A stretch of DNA of 64,000 bases, taken from assembly GCA_049724395.1 (NCBI GenBank), contig JAUGWO010000136.1, positions 186,001-250,000 on the forward strand, written 5' to 3'. Under the pieces are notes generated by a model, which was not told where the DNA came from, did no database searches, and worked only from the letters and a program-made list of their open reading frames with translations. Made by a program: the position numbers and the translations under genes. How positions within the stretch are numbered: position 1 is the first letter of the stretch; every line of letters begins with the position of its first letter. This DNA comes from Spongospora subterranea f. sp. subterranea. Lineage: Eukaryota. Shown here one piece after another: positions 54,233 to 64,000 of this stretch.

Positions 54233-54896
54233 GATTGAGAAGTAATCACTGCTAGAATTATGGCTGCAAGCTACAGTGAATTAGGACGAAAAATAGGGAC
54301 AGACGATTGATTCGTGAGAGTGAGTACACAAATTGCCGATTGTCAGTGGACTCTGTGCCTCCAACTCCAAAAGTCCAAAACTGATGATAATGGAGTATAA
54401 TCTAAGGGCAGGCAATCGCTTGAGACTAGTCAGGGACTGCAGATGGCCACTGTAAAGGAAAACCCAGACTGCTATCGTCATTCCCCATTTTAATAAATAC
54501 AGTCGAGTTCGTATTGAGGATTTTGCGGCCGTTGTATAAACTGGTGACAACGGGTGGTAAACAACAACAGCGGTATAGTGGTTTCAGCTCCTGCAGCCTT
54601 GTGTCTCAGAAACGGCAGCAAGCGCCACCCTGGATTGCCATTAAAAAAGTTTTATGGAGACCTCTGATTGTTTCACTGAATAATAAATGAATTGACAGCT
54701 CGCCGCCCACAGTTCGCCACCCACAATGAACTATCCTTCGTCCCTAGTTGACCAATATCGAGTGATTTCCTATTAGTATATCGGGAAACGTGACCAGGCT
54801 GCAGTTGAATTTGAATGTTGCGCAGATTATTGTGGTGATTCAGAGTTCAGAATAGATCCTGTACTGAACTCATTAATATTACGAACCTCACTCGTA

Positions 54897-56098
54897 ATGG
54901 ATCTAGACATTGATCCACGAAGCTTGGAGATCCATCGAGGTCCTCTGCGTAATTAACGATGGTGCCCGATTACTAAAAATGACGCTTGTTTCAGCTGCTC
55001 TGCGATCTTGTTGGGAATTCCCAGCATTTTATCAGTTCGCATCACTCTTCCGTGTTCCGCTGCTATTACCAACATTCTCATTGGATGATTTTGGAATTGT
55101 GGCTGGTTCGTTCTTGTTGCGTCGATGTTGAAAACGGGTTACTTCCAGAATTGCATTGGAAATTGTATTATGCAGGAATGGGCGAAGCAAGGACTAAAAA
55201 GTAATAGTACGACGTCATCTTATATATGTGCCCTCAAATGCTGCAGATACTCCGACTGGCATAAAGTGATTCAAAAGACTTCAACTTATCTTCTGGATAT
55301 TCCATACCGAGATATGTCTCTCGCCGACAAAGTAAGTTGCGCTTTTTTGCAACTGAATGGTTAGCAATAATGATGCGCATCAAGTTGTCTTCGCTCCTTA
55401 GTTTATCTAACCGAGCTCTTGAAATCTGTCCGAATCTAGTCCAAAATTACAACGAGACCCCCGATATCCTGGTGTTGCTAGTTGTTGTCTTGTATATGTC
55501 GTTTTCTCATTCTTTTTGATTCAGAGAATGTATCCTATAGGATACGATGCCAGCAAAGCAGCTTACTATTGGTTTTCTCGTCAGTTGTTTCTTAGTCTGA
55601 AGTCTGAGACGCGTTAATTTTAAAACGGATCGCCTGTAGGTGATGCGTGGATATTCAAAGAATTGCCCCCAAAACTGTCGAAGAACAAGAGTTCGTTTGC
55701 TGCGAATTCTCCGGTTTGGAGTGTTGCAGCAAGTACGCTCGCTGAAGTTCGCGAGCTTTCTGTGTCCCTTACCAACAGCGAGGACGCCGCACAGAGAAGT
55801 CTATTGGGTTTTATTGACGAAAATGTTTTGCGTCCCTTGGAAGCCGCGGAAAAGGTCGTTTTCAAGTTAGCGTTTCAATGCTAATGTTTTTGAATTATCC
55901 TTTCGTTAGTCCCGCATAAGTATAGAACATAAAAAAGCTTTGGCAGCTGCCCTTCCAAGAAGAAGATCCTCGCGGGTGCAGGCCACGGTATGTCGCTTCA
56001 CTCCTGCATTACATTTAACTGATCGATCTTCTGCAAAAAAGGCTAATGAAATAGATTCGCAAGAGAATGAAGACATTTATTCTGATGGTGAGTTGTAA
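54897..56098 (+). CDS. Small DDT/WHIM-domain ISWI partner (CECR2/RSF1-like N-terminal module), multi-exon
   Basis: LRSCWEFPAFYQFASLFRVPLLLPTFSLDDF(E), LHWKL, RMYPIGYDASKAAYYWF, WSVAASTLAEVRELSVSL and RRRSSR. Confidence 0.7.
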
Positions 56099-56330
56099 TT
56101 GTAACTCACGTGCATCAGTAGTGGATGAGTAAAAACAATTTGTAAAAATTAAACCCGCTTCGTTACCATTGTGCTTAAAAAACCAGAGAGTCGTAATTGT
56201 TGCTTGGCCCGATTACTTGCCACAACAGCCGTGATAGACAGTTTATTCTGAGACCAATCAGACCGAAACAGGTGTGCAGTTACTATTCAAGATACCATTT
56301 TTAACTGAGTTTTGGCAAGCAACATTAAGT

Positions 56331-56876
56331 TTATTTACCGGGACCAATGCCGACACCGAAGCAATGGTCGATGGCATCTTTTTGTGACAGGTAAAATTTC
56401 GGAATCAAGGCGACAGATGCAATTGCAGCAACTGATACCCCAACGATCGCGTATGCAAGCATCTGTGATGTAGGAGTATTCGAGAGCACTAGATTTTGCA
56501 GCGACCATGCCGCAATGATAAGAACGCCAGCAGATTCTCGTCCCAATTCAGTCTTGGGAGATAGATCAAGGGCGCCTTCTGAAATTCTACGTTGTGCCAA
56601 AAAAACGAGCGATATTCCACTGAGAGCGATGAACATTGTTCTCGAGCCACGAGGGCACATTCTTGAACAAGCAAGTATACATGTCAAGGTGGTTATACCA
56701 TACAGGCACATCCACAACATATAATCGGGGTCGCTGAAGAAAACAATTGTGGGGCCACCATATCATTGACCGAACAGCAGGCGGCCTTACTTTTGCTGAA
56801 CATACGTAGCATACGCGAAGAAGACCGCCATGATTCCATTGGAAAGTCCAATAATGGGATTTAGACCTGATCCCAT
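56331..56876 (-). CDS. TMEM220: TMEM220-family membrane protein, 2 exons
   Basis: NGIMAVFFAYATYVQQNDPDYMLWMCLY and ELGRESAGVLIIAAW match TMEM220 motifs. Confidence 0.8.
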
Positions 56877-59075
56877 ATCGATAGAAACACGCCAGAACAG
56901 TGAGCAGTTCAATAAACACCTGTGTCTGACACCGGTACACAATGTTACCTTGTCCCGTTTCAGTGCGCATGAGGAATGCATCTCATCCCTCAAATAGTGT
57001 GCGATGGTATGTTGGGGGATGCGACACTGATGCAACGTCTTGAGGTCAAAGTCGAGGGCGAGGCCTCATTCAAGGCCTCAACTGGTAAATAATATTACCT
57101 ACAGTGGAGCGCTCGACAAAGTACGATACGCGGTATTGGATACCGTACCGTATCGTGCCAAGGCGGCAATCATCGTGTGTATTGCTTGACTGCGTGCGGC
57201 TAGAAATAGGAGCATGATGAGGCCGTCGAAGCGTACCAGACGCTCAGTTATCATCGCCTGAGATTGGGGCGTCATCTACTTGACGCTCTCTGGCAAGACA
57301 CATCGCATGGGCCGCAACGATTTTGGTTTTCCGTGCATATTCGAGGCCATCGCCTTCCTGTTATTGCATTGACATGTTTAAGCGACTCCGCCACAAATTC
57401 GCCGCCTATGGTTGCTTTAAAGTTACGAAAATGGCGCCATTTTCATGCGATTCCACGAGAAGCCAGTCTGCGAACTTTCAAATCGTTTTGTCCATCCTGA
57501 AGACAGAATGAGTCTTATCGACACTCTCGAACAGAGTTATCATCAAAGAAACCTATTTACAATAATAAAGGTAGGATATTTTTACTACCAAGGCAAGAAA
57601 ACAGCTTGCCAGTCCCTGGTTACCGAATTATTGGTAGCCCAATAAATTAGAACGAAATTTGTATCTATTGCAATTTTCTTCATTGTTCTTGTTGTCCAAG
57701 GGAAATAGATGTATCAGTGTTCCATGTTTGAGCGATAAGAATAAGGTTTATACACGAGCGAACGATAGAGATTTTGGCGCGCCAGTATTTGGATCCAGCG
57801 ATGTTTGTACATTCTCAGTTGAAGATTTTCTCGAGGATTTTCCACTCGACGCCGAGTACGAGGCCTGCTGTTTTGGCAGGGTGGTGTCTGATAAAAGACG
57901 TTAGATATTGGCGCAGACTTCACTTGAACATACTCTCTACGATTTGCCCTTTATGAAGTCTGTGGACCATGCGGTAAAGTAGTGGCCTAAACTACATCTC
58001 AAATATTGAATTACACGTTTTTTCAATTGTGATTACAGATTGGGAGTGTTTATCGTAGTATGAGAGCCTAAATGCAAATGTGATGCAAGAAAGTCATTGT
58101 CGAACGGGGGCGGATTTGGCTGATTAGTTTCTGGCTGAAAAACAGAAAGTGTGTTATGATACCCGTTGAACTGGAGATAATCACGTATGAGTTCATTGAT
58201 GATCAGATTATCAGTTGATAACTGAGGCCGGTCTTTGGGCTAACGAAAAATGTAAGCTCAAAACCACAAACTGGCCGCCTCGAGACTCGCCTGATCTTCA
58301 AGGGCGTTGAAGATCTCGGCCCTGATTCTGGCGTGCAATTGCCCAAGAACGCCACGTGATTCCAGTGTCTCGCGTAATACCTGCTTAAAAGATCCTCTAA
58401 AGAGGCCATGATCAATCGCCTGATAAATGAACGAGTACTGGTTATCTGTTATCGAAGGGTGTGTGTGATCATTGGTCGTTGATACTGTGTAACATGATGA
58501 TGATGATGATAGAGAGGGGGGGCGTGGCCTTCACACTGCCGTCATTACACCGACAGGATCTGTGGCCAAGATCGGACAACAACAATGGGCATTGGTGGTG
58601 TCAACTGATAATGGATACGGGCTATGCAAGGCCAAGGGATCTGAGGTCAAGCATCATTCGCTGGGGGGTGAAGTGAAATTGATGTGGTCCAAAACCCTAG
58701 AAAGAACATGAAAACAAATGTAATCTTTGATGCACACCATCGCCAGCGGAAACAATGACACGCCGAAACGTTTGACAATAGAGTAAAGCTTTGAAGACGA
58801 CTTCACTACTAGAACAAATCAAAGTCAGAGATTTAAGACGGATCTCTCAGCTAAGCTCACTCAACTCAAACAAACTCGCTCAGACTACATAGATTTCGTC
58901 GTAAGCGCCAATCCCTGATTACCAACTAGACCAGGACCCCAGGTTGGTCGCCAATTCATCAGAACATGTTGAACAAATATGTCGATCCTCTTTTGAAAGA
59001 TACTTTGATCCAGTTGCCGATAAACAATTCAAAGACAAGCTGAAAAAGGATGAACGTGCCCGTAAAGCCGCCCAC

Positions 59076-59332
59076 AAGAAAGAACAAGATCAGGCTATTC
59101 TACAACTAATCAATCAGGATCTTATTCAGACTATCACCGCGTTACTGAAACGACGTTCACAAAAAAATCGGCGTTTACTACTTTTGAGCTCGTTGGTTTG
59201 GGCGAACAGGGCGAGCGGTTTTCAGTGCGCCGTGACCAATTTTTGGTGAACGTCGTTTCAGTAAAGCGGTGATAGTCTTAGTAAGATCTTGCTTGGTTTA
59301 GTTGTAGAATGGGCCTGATCTTGTTCTTTCTT
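59076..59332. repeat. Long imperfect inverted repeat (arms ~59076-59171 and ~59236-59332)
   Basis: AAGAAAGAACAAGATCAGGC...ACTGAAACGACGTTCAC is reverse-complementary to GTGAACGTCGTTTCAGT...GCCTGATCTTGTTCTTTCTT. Confidence 0.92.
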
Positions 59333-59538
59333 TAAGACCTTGATGCAATCGCAGACACAGTTCAAAGATTAAAGATTCACGACAGAACTCGAAATCTCCC
59401 ATGAAATGACGACTTTGAACGTTTGCTTGAACGAGCTCTTTCAACATGTTGCGCTCTTGTTCCAAGAGCTGATCCAATTTTGGACCAAGCATTTGAGGTG
59501 TGTGCTGTCTTTGCAAATTCCATTTCGACTGATTTAGA

Positions 59539-59954
59539 CATCCTGACAGCAATGTTGATACCAAACGGGTCCGGAAAGTAATGCAGCTGCTTGTTTACGC
59601 ACGGGTGGGTAGCAACGACTTGGCAACGCTACGTCGGATGCTCGATGAGTCGTCGCAGGCGACAGTTCACTTTCCTAACGCTCGCAAGCACGAGGAGCCA
59701 GTCATGCGTCTGTTGTCTTCGGGCAACTCGTCAGTACTGGTTGACTGGCCGGCCATTATAAGTTCTACAGGCTGGAACGCCTGGCACGGGCATGTGGCGA
59801 TCTGGTTGCGAGCGTTAGGAAAGTGAACTGTCGCCTGCGACGACTCATCGAGCATCCGACGTAGCGTTGCCAAGTCGTTGCTACCCACCCGTGCGTGAAC
59901 AAGCCGCTGCATTACTTGCCGGACCCGTTTGGTATCAACATTGCTGTCAGGATG
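59539..59954. repeat. Near-perfect 149-bp inverted repeat (arms 59539-59687 and 59806-59954, 118-nt spacer)
   Basis: Arms differ at only 3 positions by manual comparison. The mirrored ORFs 59581+ and 59912- share ARVGSNDLATLRRMLDESSQATVHFPNAR. Confidence 0.97.
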
Positions 59955-61499
59955 ATGACAGGTTCTCTACCCGCACCCCAACCGTTTCGCAAAGCATTCC
60001 TCTGAACTGGAAAGAATTAGCAGAAAATAACGCTGAGTATCTACGAAAGTTATTTCGATCAAAAAACGTGGATGTCGTTATCACAGCGGATGAGGTTTCA
60101 GCTCGGACTACCAAACTGTCGGTTCTTACTCTATATTCAGGTTTTTTTGAAGTTTCATGAAATTGCCTTAAAAGCCATTGGCAAAACGGGAGAAAGACAT
60201 ATCGGAAATATTGTGCAAGCGCACGACGAGAAACTTGGGGCAACGGTCATGGTTGCGTGCGAACTGTTAACCTCTCAGTTATTACCGGCAATGATAATAT
60301 TTACCGGAAAATTTGGTAAACGGCTGTGTGACCAGTATCAACACCACAAACCCTCGTTAATCACTTTTAACGAGCAACACTGGATGAATACTACAACCTT
60401 TAAGATGTATCTCAGGTGGATTCATCTCTAAAAATTATCGAAGCATGTGATTTACTAATTCTGTTCTCAGATTTGTAAATGGGATTATTTCCAAATAGAA
60501 CCATAGGATTGACGGTGGACCGATGCCGTCAGCACTATGGCACAGAGATTGACAGTTTTGTTGATACCTTGAACAAAGACGTGAGTATTTCCGGGCAAGA
60601 TCGTCTTAGGGTACATCGGAGAAGGACTTACACCAATTTTGCAGGTTTTTTTTGTGAGGTTGAGATTGGAGTTTATTTCAACTTTTTACAGGTACCTGAT
60701 GTGTGTATCAATCGCGCTTTGAAACAGCGTATCCAAAGTAAATATTATTTATTAAGAAACGAAAAAGCGCCACAATTTCGCCCAGGTAAACGACATAATC
60801 AAAAATTACGTTTTCAAAATATTTATTTGCTGTAGGTGAAACGTTTCATGTAACTCGTGATGACATGATCGGTATAATAGAGTCGGTCATCAACGAGATC
60901 AATTTCGAGAATCGCCAATCGAAGTGGATAGCGAAATCATTCATCAAATGTGGGCAAGACCCGTGGAGCGTTTCACTCGCAGAGTTCCGAAGCCATTTGG
61001 ACGACCTTGCTACGAACAGTTTGTACGCGGCAATGCTCAAACACCAGCAGGCTCTGAAGTTGTAAATACAACCAATAAACAAAGCTACATGGAATATTGT
61101 CCGCATTTGACAACTCATTCGCTATTTCACTAAAGCTCTGAACGTCTAAAGTAATCACTGATGAGTCAGTGATGAAGATTGACGACACACCTGACCAAAG
61201 CACAAGTATGTTTAATATATAGAGATCATGTGGTATTGTTCCAGGACGATGTCGATGGAGGTACCAGTAGAGCGCGGAAGGTGCAGGTACATACCATCCG
61301 AACATAAAATAAGAGGGTTGCGCCGATCGGACTTTTTCTCACTGTCAGGTCGCCAAATGGATAAAATTTTTAATTTTGTCATTGCAAGGGCTCTCAGATG
61401 GGATAATTCTGTCACCAAATCTCTAGAAAATGGCACTAATTTTGTCATTTCCACGGAGTTTTGCGAATTTTGTCAGATGGATAATATTGTCATCTACGG
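59955..61499 (+). mobile_element. pogo-type (Tc1/mariner, DDD) DNA transposon, 5'-truncated, with intron-containing transposase and intact right TIR
   Basis: Spliced RFSTRTPT..VITADEVF..EKLGATVMVAC..LLPAMIIFTG..HWMN..LTVDRCRQH..GLTPILQVPDVCINRALK..SFIKCG. Stop at 61065. Right end ...TTGTCATCTACGG followed by TA (61500-61501). Confidence 0.88.
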
Positions 61500-61648
61500 T
61501 AATGGACCACGACCACCACTATATACACGCGTTATATACACAACCACAGCCGTACGAGTGTATGTGTTCCCATTGTGCCCTTGACGGCACATTGTGTCCC
61601 TAATTATTTGCATACCACCCTCTATGGTGACACATCGTGCCTGTATCC

Positions 61649-62010
61649 TGTTTGTATGTTGGTGGATCGTGCCATTTGACACATTGTGCTGAGTCGGGAC
61701 TCTTGTTTTGGGGTTGTGAGTAGATGTTTGTATGTTGGTGGATCGTGCATTGTGCTGAGTCGGGACTCTTGTTTTGGGGTTGTGAGTAGATGTTTGTATG
61801 TTGGTGGATCGTGCATTGTGCTGAGTCGGGACTCTTGTTTTAGGGCTGTGAGTAGATGTTTGTATGTTGGTGGATCGTGCATTGTGCTGAGTCGGGACTC
61901 TTGTTTTAGGGCTGTGAGTAGATGTTTGTATGTTGGTGGATCGTGCATTGTGCTGAGTCGGGACTCTTGTTTTAGGGCTGTGAGTAGATGTTTGTATGTT
62001 GGTGGATCGT
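61649..62010. repeat. Tandem array of five 66-bp units plus a partial copy
   Basis: Units start at 61682, 61748, 61814, 61880 and 61946: CATTGTGCTGAGTCGGGACTCTTGTTTT(G/A)GGG(T/C)TGTGAGTAGATGTTTGTATGTTGGTGGATCGTG. Confidence 0.98.
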
Positions 62011-62116
62011 CCGGACAACTATCGGTCCAAGGCTATACACTCATTAACCACATTCAGACCAGTTTAACTAATATCATTTCCACCAGAGCTACCCCCTCAT
62101 GCGACCTCACAGATGT

Positions 62117-62576
62117 AAGCATCTAAAAGAAAACGCAGATATCAAGATTGTCTTTTCCGACAAAAATATGGGGTTGGTGGTCATGCACATCTCTGATTAT
62201 AACAAACTGGTCTTAGATCACTTATCCAATGATTTAGTCTACAAATAAGTCTCTCCCAGTTTCTGGAACCATCAAGTATCTATGATCAAGGATGAATACT
62301 TCGAGCTGGCCGAGAAATTTGAGACATATGCCACCAACCAGATGCCAAAATATCTCAAAGATGGACCACTCGAATCAATTCCCAAATTTCGTGTTCTTCC
62401 CAAACTACACAAAACGGGAAATTCTAGTCGCCCTAGCCTGGATCACTACGAAACTGTCTATCCTACTAACCGCCATTCGTAACTCACAGTTACAAATCTC
62501 CAATTCAGAAAACAAACAGATTCCAACAGGCAGTTATCTAGTTTCAGATGACGTCAGCAGTCTATACACAAACATG
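62117..62576 (+). mobile_element. Penelope-like retroelement reverse-transcriptase remnant
   Basis: IKIVFSDKNMGLVVM..DY..HL..Y, IPKFRVLPKLHK..SRP, WITTKLS and YLVSDDVSSLYTNM. In-frame TAA at ~62246 and a frameshift. Truncated after the DVxSLYTN motif. Confidence 0.85.
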
Positions 62577-63332
62577 CGGCGGCTACAGCACCCATACGAT
62601 GTAATCCTACTCAAAACGGTTCTTGCAGCTTCCTTAATCTCGCGTACCTTTTATTAGTTGAAGCTGTTGTGAAAATTATAGCTGCTTGGTTTTTCGCTGG
62701 TTGTTTTAGAAAGACAGCAATCGGCTTGTGGTTCAGCCAAGGTAGCATCTCCAGCATCTCTTCTGTGATCCGGAGTCGCATGACGACCAGTAAATCCTAA
62801 AAAAAATGATGTTAAGGTAGTTAGGGTATTTGGAATTGTAGTGTTCCGATTAAGAAATCAGTATGGGGTAACCAAGGTTTCAATCTAACATTCGTGCCTG
62901 TTCTGTGAAAACGTCTTCTCGCGCGCAAGGACCGTTGGCCGAGCTGAAGCGGATACAAAGCTTTCCAAGATAAATTTAGGACCCTTCCGACCCGGGTTTA
63001 CATGAACCAGCATGTGAAGACCTTAGGCATGGCGCTTGTCACATTGTAGTACTGATCCTTTTGCCGACAAAAGGTCTGGAGTTGCGCGAACGTATAGTAC
63101 ATGGTGTTTAAGTACTTGAAATTGTCGACCGATAAAGTGTTAAGTCTACTCTATGTTAATCAACCGATTCTCATATATGATATGCTTACTCTTGTTGTAC
63201 ATCACATGGAAGAATTTGATGAAGACGCCCCGGTTCCAGAGCTGATCCAGCACTACGAGAACCTGCCATCCGGCTGCCTCTGGCTCAAACGTGCTTGCTT
63301 CAAGCCTCTCTTCAACTCCTATGTTCGTAAGA

Positions 63333-63464
63333 TCAGAAAATTAAACTTCTAGCAAAGTCAGAAAAACGGAAACGGTCGTTCTTCCAACCCGCGAAGAGAC
63401 GACCGCGTAAAGAAACAAAGCGGCCATTTCCGTTTTTTGCTTTGCTAGAAGTTTGGTTTTCTGA
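63333..63464. repeat. Imperfect ~47-bp inverted repeat (hairpin or MITE-like)
   Basis: TCAGAAAATTAAACTTCTAGCAAAG..AAAAACGGAAACGGTCG pairs with CGGCCATTTCCGTTTTTTGCTTTGCTAGAAGTTTGGTTTTCTGA. Confidence 0.88.
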
Positions 63465-63668
63465 GTTCCTCAGACACAATGGACTCGGGAAGAGAAAGAA
63501 CGCCGCCAAAGTCGCTTAAAACCCAGTCATCAATGCAACCTTCATCTGCATAATGGCAGGCATTCTCGTCACCTGTGCTTCCTGGAGATAGCACCATGGT
63601 TTAGGGTATAACATTTATCAGCAATCATTCCCCCATTCCCTCTCGGCGCCCAGCAATTGTTAAGGAAT

Positions 63669-64000
63669 ATGTGTCGCGACTCACGAGTGCATCAAAACCG
63701 TGTCATCATTACCGCCATTTTGGGAATCCTACTCTTTTCATAATCAAAAACTGGCGCTACGATCCGCGAGCGGGTAGCCGGGACGGTCCAAGACGACCCA
63801 AACAAGCCCCGTGATCGAGAGGTGTTGGCCGCCACGGAGTCCGAATGGCGACATTCCGATCACTGGCGTCTGGCAATCAGACATTCCAATGGGATTATCG
63901 GAACTGGATTTGACCCAGCTCATAGCCAAGGCGAAATCGCTTGATGGACGGATCGAGATCGCATCATCGGAGAGAATATTGATTGATATCGAGAACTATA
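63669..64000 (+). CDS. Possible 5' end of a gene running out of the window (N-terminal hydrophobic segment)
   Basis: MCRDSRVHQNRVIITAILGILLF, then in another frame PVIERCWPP...ILIDIENY open to the window end. Confidence 0.3.

Noticed and set aside
57264..58680. Short ORFs before the TE island
   Set aside because: Multiple stops and no identifiable domain; probably decayed sequence.
58880..58965. Minus-strand CTGATGA...GAAA hammerhead candidate
   Set aside because: The stem II closing pair and stems I and III do not pair properly.
61154..61190. Hammerhead-like CTGATGA-GTCAGT...ATTGAC-GACAC
   Set aside because: GAAA is replaced by GACA and stems I and III cannot be formed. It is better explained by the small palindrome ATCACTGA-TGAG-TCAGTGAT.
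61682..62010. CRISPR-like array or tandem hammerhead ribozymes
   Set aside because: The units are contiguous and near-identical with no unique spacers and no cas genes, and there is no CUGANGA/GAAA core on either strand.

Overview
This is gene-dense eukaryotic nuclear DNA with short GT-AG introns (mostly ~43-65 nt), very short intergenic spacers and a flagellar gene. It is most consistent with a compact zoosporic protist; a plasmodiophorid such as Spongospora or Polymyxa is plausible but is inference only. About 1-57 kb holds mostly housekeeping genes: ThrRS, CFAP221, WDR75/UTP17, HAUS1, ATE1, an IMP-type peptidase lacking its catalytic dyad, a mitochondrial sHSP, EMC4, a protein with four PZP modules plus a chromo-barrel, an amino-acid transporter, C1D, an Erv2-like oxidase, MAK21, OSCA/TMEM63, BCKDHA, XPF, AFG2/SPATA5, DLD, a DDT-WHIM protein and TMEM220. 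There are also several secreted or surface orphans and a Ty3/Gypsy remnant. About 58.7-63.5 kb is a mobile-element island containing three long fold-back inverted repeats, an intron-containing 5'-truncated pogo-type transposase with its right TIR, a 5 x 66-bp array carrying telomere-like octamers, and a decayed Penelope-like RT. Several essential genes show single-base frameshifts in homopolymers, which points to assembly indels. Exon boundaries were read by eye and are approximate.
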